A stretch of DNA of 64,000 bases from a virus. The position numbers and the translations under genes were made by a program. Where the stretch lies: positions 10,398-74,397 of the IMG/VR virus record IMGVR_UViG_3300021197_001350; one strand, written 5' to 3'. Under the pieces are notes generated by a model that saw only the letters and a list, made by a program, of their open reading frames with translations, was not told the DNA's origin and made no database searches. Positions within the stretch are counted from its first letter, which is position 1, and each line of letters starts with the position of its first letter. Of this stretch, positions 29,717 through 39,345 are shown piece by piece.

Positions 29717-31891
29717 CTACTGTTGTTGTGGTGGTGGCATATCCTGAGGTGGGGGAGCTGCTCCTTGTGGAGGCGGAGCTTGTTCTTGTGGTGGCATAAG
29801 CTCTTCACTTTCACCCTCCTCAAGTTCTAGTTTAACATCAAAGCCCGCTCCCGACTTCCTGAATATCTCATTGATTAACTCAAAAAGCCTACGCTTACCA
29901 ACTGCCTCAACCACGGGTTGTATTTGAAGTATCTGCCCAAGTAGGGCAGTTAAAGTTTCAGCACTCTTAACATTGATAGAACGCTCTGGGCCATCCCTAC
30001 TGCTAAAGAGATACTCATGCACCAAGCTTGCTGGAGTACCTACGACATTCCTGACCATAGGGTCTGAGATGTCGTACTGCTCATCCGAAGGCTCAAGTCC
30101 AGCTTCTCTTATTACACCCTCCGAGTATCTGTTCTTTACGGGGACATCAAACTCACTGGTACTGCAAGAAACCAAATGCTCATAAAGCATCTTCTTCATG
30201 CCCGCCCTCATTTCATCAATACCCTCTGATACGAATGAGTATATAGACTCCACACTGGTACTCATCTCCTGAACCTCAGTAGCCGATATCTCTCTTGGAG
30301 CTGGCTGCCCAACCTCTTGCGGTGAAAGAACTAACATACGCTCAACAATACCAAGCAACTGAGATATAGCCTGTAAGCTTTGGTTTACAGTGTTACCCAT
30401 GTCTGCCTGAACCACATTCACAAAGTTCTTTGCATCTAGACCAAGGTCTCCCATCTTTTGACCAGAGTATAGTAATAGCTTTGGATTAACATAATAATCC
30501 GATGCCTTCATAGTCTGCTCAATATAATCCTTCACTTCATCATCTAAGGCATCCTTATCGACTGCCCAAATCTGAGTTAAGCCAATCTTCATATTAAGAA
30601 GCATTTGACTAAGCAAGTTACTAAGCTGATCCTGGTATGGCATTATCTCCATAGCCATACTATTATTCATTACCCTTGAGTCATTCTCATTTAAACCGCC
30701 ATAGATTGCAGGTATACTAGGCATGAACTCAGAGTAAACCACTGTGGAATCACTTGCTACAACAAGCCTGAGCCAGACATCATAAGGGTAATTACCTATA
30801 CCCCTATCCCTTGGGTTTACCTTCATAAATAAGTTGGTAAGGAACACTCCCTTGTCCCCATCCTCAGATGAGTATATACCAGTATTACTAGTTCTCTCAT
30901 TCTGGAAAGGAGTGTTAGGAACTTCTGAATGTTGAGGTGTTGGCCACCTAAGCACAGAAGGGGGATAGTAATATGAAAAGAACTGCTGGTACTGCTGGTA
31001 TACTCCAAACAATGTACTCTCATATCCTATGTCAGAAATATTATAATACTCGGGGTTATCCTGAATGGATGAATAATTAACCACATCCCAATACCCTAGC
31101 CATGTTGGGCCTGTATCTGTATTTACACCTGGCAATGGTTGGGATAAATCCCTGAATACCCGACTAGGGTGAGGGTTAATAAACTCCATACCCTCACGGG
31201 TTACATAGTTCTCAAGGTCATCTGTTTCACCAAACTCACTTCTTGCATATCTCCATTGACAATCCCGAGTCCACCTTTCGCGAGGAAAGACCACCGAATG
31301 ACCATACATGAACATATCCCTAATATACTGAGAGAAGTTATGTCTCATTCCAAACTGATCCACCATGATCTCAATCCTCTGACTCAAGGCATCACCCCTG
31401 AGTTTAGCTGGTAGTGCGGTAGACCTAGCCTCATATTTAAAATAAGGATAAAGATTATTAAACCTAGACACCTGCGCGGCAACCCGTCTGGTTACATATG
31501 AGCGAATAAGATTCATTGAGGTTTCATACAACCTCATTAGGTTTATTTTCTTAACACCGCCCGTCTCATCCCTCTCACAAAAATCGTCTGCACAACCTAA
31601 ACCTGAAAGCTTTTCACCCGCCTGATTCATGGATATCTTACCTTGTGCGTACAACAATAAAGGTATTGTGGTTTTATTTATAGCCTGACTATCCCAAGCT
31701 AGATCCACAGCCATATAGGGGTCGCTTGTAGATGCCGACCAGTTTACCCCCTCATATACTCGACTTTCTATTTCGTTCTCAAACTTTTGCTTAATAGCCC
31801 AGTCCGAACTTTCCATATCCTTACAGGTGAATATCTCTCGCAACCTTTGCTGCGTACACCCATACTTTTCGAGTATTTCTAAATTTACCAT
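29717..31891 (-). CDS. Portal protein
   Basis: 724 aa; SATEV motif, Pro/Gln tail and position after TerL, as in podovirus portals. Confidence 0.75.
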   Translation of the reverse strand: MVNLEILEKYGCTQQRLREIFTCKDMESSDWAIKQKFENEIESRVYEGVNWSASTSDPYMAVDLAWDSQAINKTTIPLLLYAQGKISMNQAGEKLSGLGCADDFCERDETGGVKKINLMRLYETSMNLIRSYVTRRVAAQVSRFNNLYPYFKYEARSTALPAKLRGDALSQRIEIMVDQFGMRHNFSQYIRDMFMYGHSVVFPRERWTRDCQWRYARSEFGETDDLENYVTREGMEFINPHPSRVFRDLSQPLPGVNTDTGPTWLGYWDVVNYSSIQDNPEYYNISDIGYESTLFGVYQQYQQFFSYYYPPSVLRWPTPQHSEVPNTPFQNERTSNTGIYSSEDGDKGVFLTNLFMKVNPRDRGIGNYPYDVWLRLVVASDSTVVYSEFMPSIPAIYGGLNENDSRVMNNSMAMEIMPYQDQLSNLLSQMLLNMKIGLTQIWAVDKDALDDEVKDYIEQTMKASDYYVNPKLLLYSGQKMGDLGLDAKNFVNVVQADMGNTVNQSLQAISQLLGIVERMLVLSPQEVGQPAPREISATEVQEMSTSVESIYSFVSEGIDEMRAGMKKMLYEHLVSCSTSEFDVPVKNRYSEGVIREAGLEPSDEQYDISDPMVRNVVGTPASLVHEYLFSSRDGPERSINVKSAETLTALLGQILQIQPVVEAVGKRRLFELINEIFRKSGAGFDVKLELEEGESEELMPPQEQAPPPQGAAPPPQDMPPPQQQ

Positions 31892-32169
31892 TTTTCTTTA
31901 TTTGCCCAGTACGCTGCAGACATCTTGCCCTTAGCGATGTTCTTGCCGTGCCTAGCCTTAAAGCTTTTGCGTTTAGCCTTCATCTTAGCTGACTCGCCCG
32001 CCTTAGGCTTGCCTGCTGTCTTAGCTCCCTTTTCGCCAAACCTAATTGTTTTTATGTTATTACCATCCTTAGCCACAACAATATGTGACTTCTTGGAGTG
32101 ACCTGGAGTTCTCTTGGGTTTGTTGTAGCCGCTCACCCCTGCCCTTGCTAGCCTTGCATCCTTCTTCAT
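31885..32169 (-). CDS. Small basic phage protein (IRFG...SFKARH...SAAYWA family)
   Basis: Widespread phage motif pattern; start moved to MKKDAR (ATGA overlap). Confidence 0.75.
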   Translation of the reverse strand: MKKDARLARAGVSGYNKPKRTPGHSKKSHIVVAKDGNNIKTIRFGEKGAKTAGKPKAGESAKMKAKRKSFKARHGKNIAKGKMSAAYWANKEKW

Positions 32170-32489
32170 GTCATCTCCTTTCCGCATACAGGGCAATCGG
32201 TTCTACCCTGCAGTGCAAATAAATGTAATGGTATAACCTTCCCCTCAGCCACATCATCAGTAGCGCCTCTTAGGAAAAGTCTTTCCATTTGTGTTAAAAG
32301 GATTTTTACTGGGCCAGGAAAAGTTCCACTCTTTATATACCTGTCCATGCTTTTTGGTGGTACTAGTATAAGAGAACCAAGTTCCGAAATTGTAATCTCC
32401 AGAAAACCACATAAACGCTCTACCCTTGTTCTGCTCCATCTTGGTAAGTTTTTCCTGTGATAGTTTTCGACTAACTTACCCGAGGTCAC
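32166..32489 (-). CDS. Hypothetical HTH-like protein with C-terminal CxxC
   Basis: ITISELGSLILVPPKSMDRY looks HTH-like; CPVC at the end. Confidence 0.55.
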   Translation of the reverse strand: MTSGKLVENYHRKNLPRWSRTRVERLCGFLEITISELGSLILVPPKSMDRYIKSGTFPGPVKILLTQMERLFLRGATDDVAEGKVIPLHLFALQGRTDCPVCGKEMT

Positions 32490-32812
32490 ACCTCTTCAAG
32501 CATCTCCTCATCATTGTAATTATCGGGAGATAGTAGCACATCATCAGCTAAATCACTTGCCTCAAACTCTGGAATAGATTCCTCGGTCTGCCCTGTAAAC
32601 TCCTCTGCTGCTGGGCTAGCCTGATAGTCGGCATATGGGTCTCTGTCCACATTTGTTATAACCCCAACAAGCCTACGCTCATCGTACTCCTGTATCCCTA
32701 TAGAAACATTAAGAGATATACTACCACCTACAGATGGTGCTAGAGCGTCTATAAATGCACGCATATCCTGGTTGTCTGCGTAGTTTAATGAAATTGTATT
32801 TTCTTGTGCCAT
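32486..32812 (-). CDS. Hypothetical acidic protein
   Basis: 108 aa, overlaps downstream gene. Confidence 0.6.
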   Translation of the reverse strand: MAQENTISLNYADNQDMRAFIDALAPSVGGSISLNVSIGIQEYDERRLVGVITNVDRDPYADYQASPAAEEFTGQTEESIPEFEASDLADDVLLSPDNYNDEEMLEEV

Positions 32813-32848
32813 ATGATTACCTTACTATTTTATTTTATAAAATCAAGT

Positions 32849-34399
32849 TTAATTAACTCCCCCTATCTCAAATATCTCACTCACGGAACTTACAGCCCCA
32901 TGTGCTGGCCCCACATCAAGGTATATCATTGGATATGTCAAGGCATCAAATGTATGAATATACCTAGATCTCCTTGGCTTGTACATTACAGTGGGGTCAT
33001 ACTTGCCATACTTAACCCTTTCGGAAACGAGATTATAGAACATAGCTTTAACCTCCTTTAAATCACGAGACATTACGAATTCATTTTCCTGTAACTTCTG
33101 AACAAGTAACCTAACCCTAGCCTCAACCGAACCCTTAAACTTAGGAGCTGCCTTCATCCTAATAGGTTCAAGCCCAAATGTTTCCGACTTCTCCTTTGAT
33201 ATTCTTTCTATATCCAAAACATCGTAAGATCCATTTTGACCACCTGGCCTAAACTGATTAAACGCTGAGTTATCCGAGTAATGTTTATAACTGAAATCCC
33301 AATTCATAACCCTGTTCCAGTATGACATCTTTCTCATAAGCCTTATAACAAGCTCATCATATGATACTTTTTCATTATTTATTATCAATTCATCAAATAC
33401 AGCCCATATGGTTTTATCACTACCTATTACTTGCTGCATGAAAACTATACCATGATTAACCAAACCTAAGTCATACCCGATAATAATTGGGAACTCAGGA
33501 TTAGGCACAACCTTCTCTTTACCCCCGCCAACTATATGGATGTTATCATGGAAGTAACTTTTAAAGATAGCATCACCAAGGGGTACATCCACCCACTCAC
33601 CCAGCACCATTCTGCGATATTCATATTCGTTATTCTTGGTGGCCTCCTTTACTCGGTCATAATATCCCTCAGGTAGGTTCTCCTCATTCTCAGCTACATC
33701 CAGGAAGTACTTCTCGTAATCATTGTTATACTCCCCTGTTTCTTTATCGAGAGGTGCTTCCCACCACCTTTTGTAAACCCAATGATTTGGCCCAGCGGGA
33801 TTGCACGCTGCACAGTACTGTTGAACTCCGTCAATACCAGGTCTTCGACCAAGTTGCTGAACCATAGCATCAAAGTACACAGAGCTATCCAAGTTAGTAA
33901 GCTCATCAACAAAAAGGTATGAAGGCTCAAACCCCTTCACCCTATTGCCAACCAAAGTTCCATGCGGTATTGATATTAAATATATCCTACTCCAGCTTCC
34001 GAATTTATTTTGAACATCAATATATATATTCTTCTGAGTGTCCTGCCTTTCTTCGGTGAACTCCATTCCTATACCATCTTTCCATATAGGTAGTACTTCC
34101 GTGATCAACTTGTGCCACACTCCACCAAGTACAGCCTGCGACCTAACCCCTACAATTATTAAACATAGTGCATTAAAGTTTTCCCATGCGTGCTTCACAA
34201 GCTTATGTCCACCAAGGACATAGGTCTTACCAGACCCACGATTACCATGTGCTAGTATATACTTTGCGTCTGAATCAAAAATCTTATCCTGTGTGGGCGA
34301 AAGTGATGGCCTCCAGTTTGGATCATAAGAATCCTCCGACTCCACCTCGTCAGCAAGCTCACTTAGTTTTCCTAGCAGATTTTCTTTTGTTACTTTCAT
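32849..34399 (-). CDS. terL: Terminase large subunit
   Basis: Walker A GNRGSGKT, Walker B LFVDE, ACNP coupling motif, nuclease IGYDLG and HTFDALTY. Confidence 0.95.
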   Translation of the reverse strand: MKVTKENLLGKLSELADEVESEDSYDPNWRPSLSPTQDKIFDSDAKYILAHGNRGSGKTYVLGGHKLVKHAWENFNALCLIIVGVRSQAVLGGVWHKLITEVLPIWKDGIGMEFTEERQDTQKNIYIDVQNKFGSWSRIYLISIPHGTLVGNRVKGFEPSYLFVDELTNLDSSVYFDAMVQQLGRRPGIDGVQQYCAACNPAGPNHWVYKRWWEAPLDKETGEYNNDYEKYFLDVAENEENLPEGYYDRVKEATKNNEYEYRRMVLGEWVDVPLGDAIFKSYFHDNIHIVGGGKEKVVPNPEFPIIIGYDLGLVNHGIVFMQQVIGSDKTIWAVFDELIINNEKVSYDELVIRLMRKMSYWNRVMNWDFSYKHYSDNSAFNQFRPGGQNGSYDVLDIERISKEKSETFGLEPIRMKAAPKFKGSVEARVRLLVQKLQENEFVMSRDLKEVKAMFYNLVSERVKYGKYDPTVMYKPRRSRYIHTFDALTYPMIYLDVGPAHGAVSSVSEIFEIGGVN

Positions 34400-34547
34400 A
34401 TCTATTTATCTGCGGACTATCCGCCATCATTTTCTTAACGCTCTTACACCAGTGGCATTGACCAAGTTTACTAACATATGTAAGCTCAGTCCAACCTAGT
34501 TTAGATGCACAGGTTCTACAAACAAAAGCACTATAAGTTTTTTCCAT
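34359..34547 (-). CDS. Small CxxC..CxxC protein
   Basis: CRTC...CHWC, 62 aa. Confidence 0.55.
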   Translation of the reverse strand: MEKTYSAFVCRTCASKLGWTELTYVSKLGQCHWCKSVKKMMADSPQINRYESNKRKSARKTK

Positions 34548-34691
34548 GTATATAGCCGTAGAAATAAGCCAGTCTAACGAAGTATCTCATTTTCATAATA
34601 GAAAGTTCGGTAGATGCGTCATGCCTTTCGTCAAACAACTCCCATCCTAAATTCATATCTTCAAGCTGTTCATCGGTTAACTCAGGTATAT

Positions 34692-35345
34692 CTACTGATT
34701 CTTCTCTTTCAATGGAGCGAATCCAGGTTTTGCCTTCTTCTTCGGCGTTGTGCTTTCTGCCATCTTCACAGAGGCTAGCGTTCCGCTCAATACTCTGTCG
34801 TAGGTGTTTATCAATGTTTTGCATATTTCGTTATAATGTTTCTGTGCCGCCATTCGCTGATCCCACTCTATACCATCATCCTCCAACTCCTCACCCCTGC
34901 AACGCTCAGCCTCCTGAAATAAAGCTGCAGCCTGATACAGGAGCATTCGGTGCATAAGGTCAAGCCCCCCAATAAGCATTCGCCATCCATTGTCATCCAT
35001 CTTGGAGAACAACTCTAACTTTTTGCAAGTCTCCTCACTTATCCCAGCTTTCCTTAACCCCTCATTAAGTAACTGAGAGTTCATCTTCTGCATAGCATCA
35101 GCCAACTTTGCATCCTGCGTATCTGTCTTAGGCTGCCTAATCATAGCCTCGATTTCGTCAGGCACTGGAGAAGAGGGTGACTCCTTGATATACAAGGATC
35201 TAAGTTGCTTGTCTGAACTAATTCTTTTCCTAAGTGATGTCTCGCTTACATTTAAAGCTTCTGCTGCCAGCTTTATACTACCAACCTGACTCATGGCATC
35301 CATGATTAAGTCATTCGGTATAGAGATCTTTTTTATTTTCGGCAT
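34692..35345 (-). CDS. Probable terminase small subunit (N-terminal HTH)
   Basis: GSIKLAAEALNVSETSLRKRI HTH; helical body; upstream of TerL. Confidence 0.5.
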   Translation of the reverse strand: MPKIKKISIPNDLIMDAMSQVGSIKLAAEALNVSETSLRKRISSDKQLRSLYIKESPSSPVPDEIEAMIRQPKTDTQDAKLADAMQKMNSQLLNEGLRKAGISEETCKKLELFSKMDDNGWRMLIGGLDLMHRMLLYQAAALFQEAERCRGEELEDDGIEWDQRMAAQKHYNEICKTLINTYDRVLSGTLASVKMAESTTPKKKAKPGFAPLKEKNQ

Positions 35346-35668
35346 TTCGTTTTCTTATATTTCTTAAATTTTAATACTTTAAATAACTCCCAAACCCTTT
35401 GTGTCCAACTGTTTTTGAGTTTTATATCCTTCTCCTTCTTCCTTATCTTTATCTTACAAAGCTTAGCTTCCGCTTTATACAAACCCCAGAAAGATTTCTT
35501 GTGTATATCTTTAAGCTCAGCAACATCTTCTCTTATCTCCTTAAGTTGTTCCTCAAGAGCTATCCTTTGTGCTGCTATCTCTATAAGTCTCTCATCAGTA
35601 TCCATAGCTTTCTTTAATTCTGATTCACTTATTATACCGTACTTAATTCCCTTTGGCGGCTTGAACAT
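35333..35668 (-). CDS. Hypothetical coiled-coil protein
   Basis: 111 aa, overlaps both neighbours. Confidence 0.55.
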   Translation of the reverse strand: MFKPPKGIKYGIISESELKKAMDTDERLIEIAAQRIALEEQLKEIREDVAELKDIHKKSFWGLYKAEAKLCKIKIRKKEKDIKLKNSWTQRVWELFKVLKFKKYKKTKCRK

Positions 35669-36005
35669 GATGTATTAATGGTTTGAAGAATGTATTCCAG
35701 TGTGAATGTTTTTTTAGATATGCAAAGGTTGGGCCTGAGTTTAAGTATGCACTCGCCCTATTCCTGTCTGCTGCATTGCATGGATCAAACGCACAGGCAT
35801 CACAGAAAGCCTTTGCCTCCCCCACCTTAACATTGTCCCACTCCCTGGACATTGATATCTCTATAATTCGGTCTACAGGCATCCTTGACAGGACTGCAAT
35901 CTCCTGATTGGATATAGCCTCAACCTTAGACTTTGAGTTGTTGATACTTCGCCTCGCGAGTAACCTGACGAGTGAAGGCGAAAATTTTTCTAAATAAATC
36001 CACAT
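35643..36005 (-). CDS. Putative HTH regulator, divergent from the replication operon
   Basis: ISNQEIAVLSRMPVDRIIEIS looks HTH-like; start set at MWIYLEK because 36037-36066 looks like a promoter. Confidence 0.5.
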   Translation of the reverse strand: MWIYLEKFSPSLVRLLARRSINNSKSKVEAISNQEIAVLSRMPVDRIIEISMSREWDNVKVGEAKAFCDACAFDPCNAADRNRASAYLNSGPTFAYLKKHSHWNTFFKPLIHHVQAAKGN

Positions 36006-36036
36006 ATTTTCTTTTTTAAAATATATTTTTAGATAC

Positions 36037-36066
36037 TTGACAAGCATAAAGTTTATACCTTAATAT
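36037..36066 (+). promoter_or_regulatory. Sigma70-like promoter for the replication operon
   Basis: TTGACA-N18-TAATAT, 30 nt before ATG 36096. Confidence 0.55.
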
Positions 36067-36095
36067 CCCTTACTTTAATCTAACCCACAAAAATT

Positions 36096-36356
36096 ATGGC
36101 ACAAAAAAAAGATATGGTTCAAGTTTCCGTATCAATCAGGCGAGACAAACATGACTTCCTAAAAGCATGGTCTGATGAGCGAGACGAAAGTATAGCGACA
36201 ATCTGCAGAGGCTGGATATATACAGGCATTGCAGACCTACAGGATGCATTAGGGCATTTTAATGTTGGGCCTCAGCAGACAGCTGAAGAGCCAATGGAAT
36301 TGGAAATACCTGAAGGAGATATCCCTGATGAAGGAAGCGTGGAACAAACTCAGTAG
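36096..36356 (+). CDS. Ribbon-helix-helix-like regulator
   Basis: VQVSVSIRRDKHDFLKAWSDERDESIATICRGWI has the RHH pattern. Confidence 0.55.
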   Translation: MAQKKDMVQVSVSIRRDKHDFLKAWSDERDESIATICRGWIYTGIADLQDALGHFNVGPQQTAEEPMELEIPEGDIPDEGSVEQTQ

Positions 36357-36954
36357 TGTTGACTGCTCTAAGCATATAGAAAAGAAAGGAAACCTTTCTT
36401 ATTTGTCTTGGGCTTGGGCTTGGTCACAACTATGCGACAACTATCCTGACTCAACTTTTGAGTTTGAAAAGACAGATACAGGCTCTGAGTTTTGGCCAAT
36501 GCCTGATGGATCAGGAGAGGTAAGATGCTCACTCACCGTGTCAGGTATTACAAGAACCTGCTGGCTTCCAGTGATGGACTACAAGAATAAAGCCATCCCC
36601 AACCCTAACGCAAGAGATGTCAATGATGCTAAAATGCGTTGTTTAGTTAAGGCGATAGCGTTGTTTGGATTGGGTCTATACATCTATGCAGGTGAGGATA
36701 TTCCAAATAATAAACCATCGTCCGATGTTAAAACAACAACACCACTGCCCAAGGAGGAGCATGATGACTTCATGCTTGAGTCTGAACCTCAGGCTAATTG
36801 GAAGAAGGGTGTTGTTCCTATTGGGAAAAGCCAAGGTAAGACCCTTGGAGACCTGAATAAAGAAACGATGGAAAAGATCTGGGAGCATAGGGAAATGGTA
36901 AAAGATTACCCTGACTTCATGGGTAGCCTTCAGGAGTGGAGGAAGTCTCTGTGA
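36328..36954 (+). CDS. Sak/Rad52-like single-strand annealing protein (DUF1071)
   Basis: KKGNLSYLSWAWAW, LPVMDYKNKAI, MRCLVKAIALFGLGLYIYAGED; GAAGGAG SD before 36328. Confidence 0.9.
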   Translation: MKEAWNKLSSVDCSKHIEKKGNLSYLSWAWAWSQLCDNYPDSTFEFEKTDTGSEFWPMPDGSGEVRCSLTVSGITRTCWLPVMDYKNKAIPNPNARDVNDAKMRCLVKAIALFGLGLYIYAGEDIPNNKPSSDVKTTTPLPKEEHDDFMLESEPQANWKKGVVPIGKSQGKTLGDLNKETMEKIWEHREMVKDYPDFMGSLQEWRKSL

Positions 36955-37148
36955 AGATTGAATGGGCTGATATATTTATCGTACTATTCTGCACCGCATT
37001 GATGGTACTTGTCATGTCCTTCATATTCGGTTGCTCTTCAACTTGTAGGAAAAAGGTCTGTTGCCCCGAACAGGGGCATGGGCCTTGTCCTATATGCACT
37101 AATATAATATACGACTCAGGAGATATAATCTATGGACGAAAGAGGTAA
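36951..37148 (+). CDS. Small Cys-rich putative lipoprotein
   Basis: GTGA overlap; hydrophobic signal ending in IFG-C, then CRKKVCC...CPIC. Confidence 0.5.
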   Translation: MKIEWADIFIVLFCTALMVLVMSFIFGCSSTCRKKVCCPEQGHGPCPICTNIIYDSGDIIYGRKR

Positions 37149-38202
37149 CGCACCTTCAGCTTCAGGTATAGGCAGGCTACAGCTATGCCCTGGCAGTTGG
37201 AATCTAGAAAAACAGTTTCCTGAGGTTGAATCAGCAGAGGCTACCGAGGGTACGATTAGGCATGAACTTATTGCTGATGAAGAACTAAAGGTTGATAGCC
37301 TTGAGCCTGAGCGTAGGTTTGTTGTTTCTAAAGCAAGGAGCCTTACGGAAAAAGCGCGCAAAGAAGTTGGCTTTACTGAATCCTCAAAGATACATAAGGA
37401 GGAAAGGTATTGGTTACTGAATGAAGCAGGGGCTAGGGTACTGAGTGGTAAGTTCGATTATGCTGAGTATGAAGGCAAGACTGGTCTGATTATAGATTAC
37501 AAGACATTAGGCGGTTACCAAATAAATGCATATGACAACCTACAGCTTAGAGCCTATGCAGTCCTGTTTGCTGAGAAGCATGACCTTGATTGTGTTTATG
37601 TTTCACTAGTGCAACCACTGGGTATTGAAGCTTACTCGATAGATATGCTTAATAAGCAGGATCTAAGAAAAGCACGGGTAAATATACTTGATATACTAAA
37701 GGATGCCCTGCATCCCAATGCACCAAGAAGACCGCACCCTAATGCCTGTAAGTATTGCAAAGCATTGGTACACTGCCCTGAAGTCAGGAATGTTATGGAC
37801 ACCATAATAGAAATCGACTTAGACAAGCTTGAGGAACCCTATGAGATTGAAAGGTTAATAGGCGTTGCTCAGATAGCATCCAAGTGGTCAGACAGGTTGA
37901 CTAAGTGGGTCAAGGAAAGACTCAAGGAGGATGATGAGTATCTCCCTAACTATAAGCTAAGGAAGACAGGCTCAGTTAAATCCATAAAGGATATGCCTAA
38001 AGCGATAAAGATCATTATGGATAAGCTAGGTATAAAAGATAAAGACCTTAGTAAGTACCTTAAGATAACCCTGTCCGATATTACAAAGCTATACGAGGAG
38101 AAGACAGGAGATAAGAAGGGATCACGCAAGGCGGTAGAGGAGATGCTATCAGAAGTTATTGTTGCCAAAGAGAAGTCTCCCTCTTTACAAAAGTCTAAGT
38201 GA
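37132..38202 (+). CDS. Cas4-like/DUF2800 PD-(D/E)XK exonuclease
   Basis: SAS...CPGS, EGTIRH, GKFD...IIDYKT, QLRAYA, CKYC...CP. Confidence 0.85.
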   Translation: MDERGNAPSASGIGRLQLCPGSWNLEKQFPEVESAEATEGTIRHELIADEELKVDSLEPERRFVVSKARSLTEKARKEVGFTESSKIHKEERYWLLNEAGARVLSGKFDYAEYEGKTGLIIDYKTLGGYQINAYDNLQLRAYAVLFAEKHDLDCVYVSLVQPLGIEAYSIDMLNKQDLRKARVNILDILKDALHPNAPRRPHPNACKYCKALVHCPEVRNVMDTIIEIDLDKLEEPYEIERLIGVAQIASKWSDRLTKWVKERLKEDDEYLPNYKLRKTGSVKSIKDMPKAIKIIMDKLGIKDKDLSKYLKITLSDITKLYEEKTGDKKGSRKAVEEMLSEVIVAKEKSPSLQKSK

Positions 38203-38555
38203 ATGACAAAGAGGAAGGAACCAAACCATCTGCTAGACAAAGGTCAAGTGCTTACCCTAACGCTAAAGGACTACAGAGTCCCAAGCCTCAACGTAGTGTT
38301 AGGGTCAAACCGATGGGCAAGGGTGAAGGCGAAGAAGGAATGCGGGCTGAGTATTCTATCTGCATTGAAAGCACTAGAGTCAACCTACTCGACCCAGACA
38401 ACTACTACATTAAAGATCTCATCGATCAACTCCGCTACGCTCGCATTATCCCTGAAGATGATCCGCAAACAGTCGAAATCGAAATCATCCCCAAAAAGGT
38501 CGCGGGCTACAAACAAGAAGAAACGAAAGTAAAAATAAAAAGAAATGGGAACTAA
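38199..38555 (+). CDS. RusA-like resolvase, catalytic half
   Basis: LDPDN..IK.LID.L...IIPEDD catalytic Asp motifs; lacks the N-terminal PSxN motif; alternative start ATG 38340. Confidence 0.75.
   Translation: MNDKEEGTKPSARQRSSAYPNAKGLQSPKPQRSVRVKPMGKGEGEEGMRAEYSICIESTRVNLLDPDNYYIKDLIDQLRYARIIPEDDPQTVEIEIIPKKVAGYKQEETKVKIKRNGN
38203..38532 (+). CDS. Overlapping frame carrying the RusA N-terminal half
   Basis: LTLTLKDYRVPSLN...NRWARVKAKKE matches the RusA beta1-PSxN-alpha1 pattern; ATG directly after upstream TGA. Confidence 0.55.
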   Translation: MTKRKEPNHLLDKGQVLTLTLKDYRVPSLNVVLGSNRWARVKAKKECGLSILSALKALESTYSTQTTTTLKISSINSATLALSLKMIRKQSKSKSSPKRSRATNKKKRK

Positions 38556-39285
38556 AGGAAAAAGACCAGCAATGTTATTCTATCCCCGTGATTGGTTAGT
38601 AGATCCAAATCTAAACTCATGCAGTCTATGCGCGCAAGGGTTATGGGTTAGGATGCTATGCTATATGTGGGAGTCCGAAAAAAGAGGCTACCTAATGGTA
38701 GGAAATAAAGCACTTCATGCAGAACAAATAGTAAGGTTAGTAGGTGCAGGCAACCCTGAAAATGAAGTACTTTATTGGCTGTCAGAACTAAAAGATGCAG
38801 GGGTTTATTCAGTCACCGATGAAGGGGTTATTTATTCCCGTAGGATGGTTGATGATGAAGGAGATACGAAAACATCTAAAGCTAAGAATAAAGTAAAGTC
38901 TTCCTCGCGTACGCGCACGCGGGCGGAAGATGAAGATGAATATGTAAATAAAAAGTTTAAGACTAAGAGGGCTGTTGAAGATGCCCTTCAGTCAGAGAGG
39001 ATTTCCTATGATCACTATCCAAGCTTTAAAATTTTTTGGGATATCTATCCTCCAAGGAATGGAGTGAGGCAGAACAAGAAAGAGGCTTTTGTCACATGGG
39101 TATTCCAAGCGTTGGAAGATAAAGGAAATTTAATTATTGACTCAGTTAAGAAATTAAAAGATACAGAGAGTTGGATTAAGGAGAATGGCAGATTTGTCCC
39201 AATGGCTACAACCTTTCTAAATGGAAACAGATGGGAAGATGAAGTCGAAGAGTTTGCCCCCTCCGCGTGGGGAATGAATGCGTAA
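38545..39285 (+). CDS. Replication initiator
   Basis: PAMLFYPRDWL (YdaU/DUF1376-like) N-terminus; FWDIYPPR...KKEA...ATTFLNGNRWEDE C-terminus; precedes DnaB. Confidence 0.8.
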   Translation: MGTKGKRPAMLFYPRDWLVDPNLNSCSLCAQGLWVRMLCYMWESEKRGYLMVGNKALHAEQIVRLVGAGNPENEVLYWLSELKDAGVYSVTDEGVIYSRRMVDDEGDTKTSKAKNKVKSSSRTRTRAEDEDEYVNKKFKTKRAVEDALQSERISYDHYPSFKIFWDIYPPRNGVRQNKKEAFVTWVFQALEDKGNLIIDSVKKLKDTESWIKENGRFVPMATTFLNGNRWEDEVEEFAPSAWGMNA

Positions 39286-39345
39286 TGGATCTCATTACTC
39301 TATTCAGCTTCACGATGGTAATGTTAATAGGAATATGTTGGTTAT

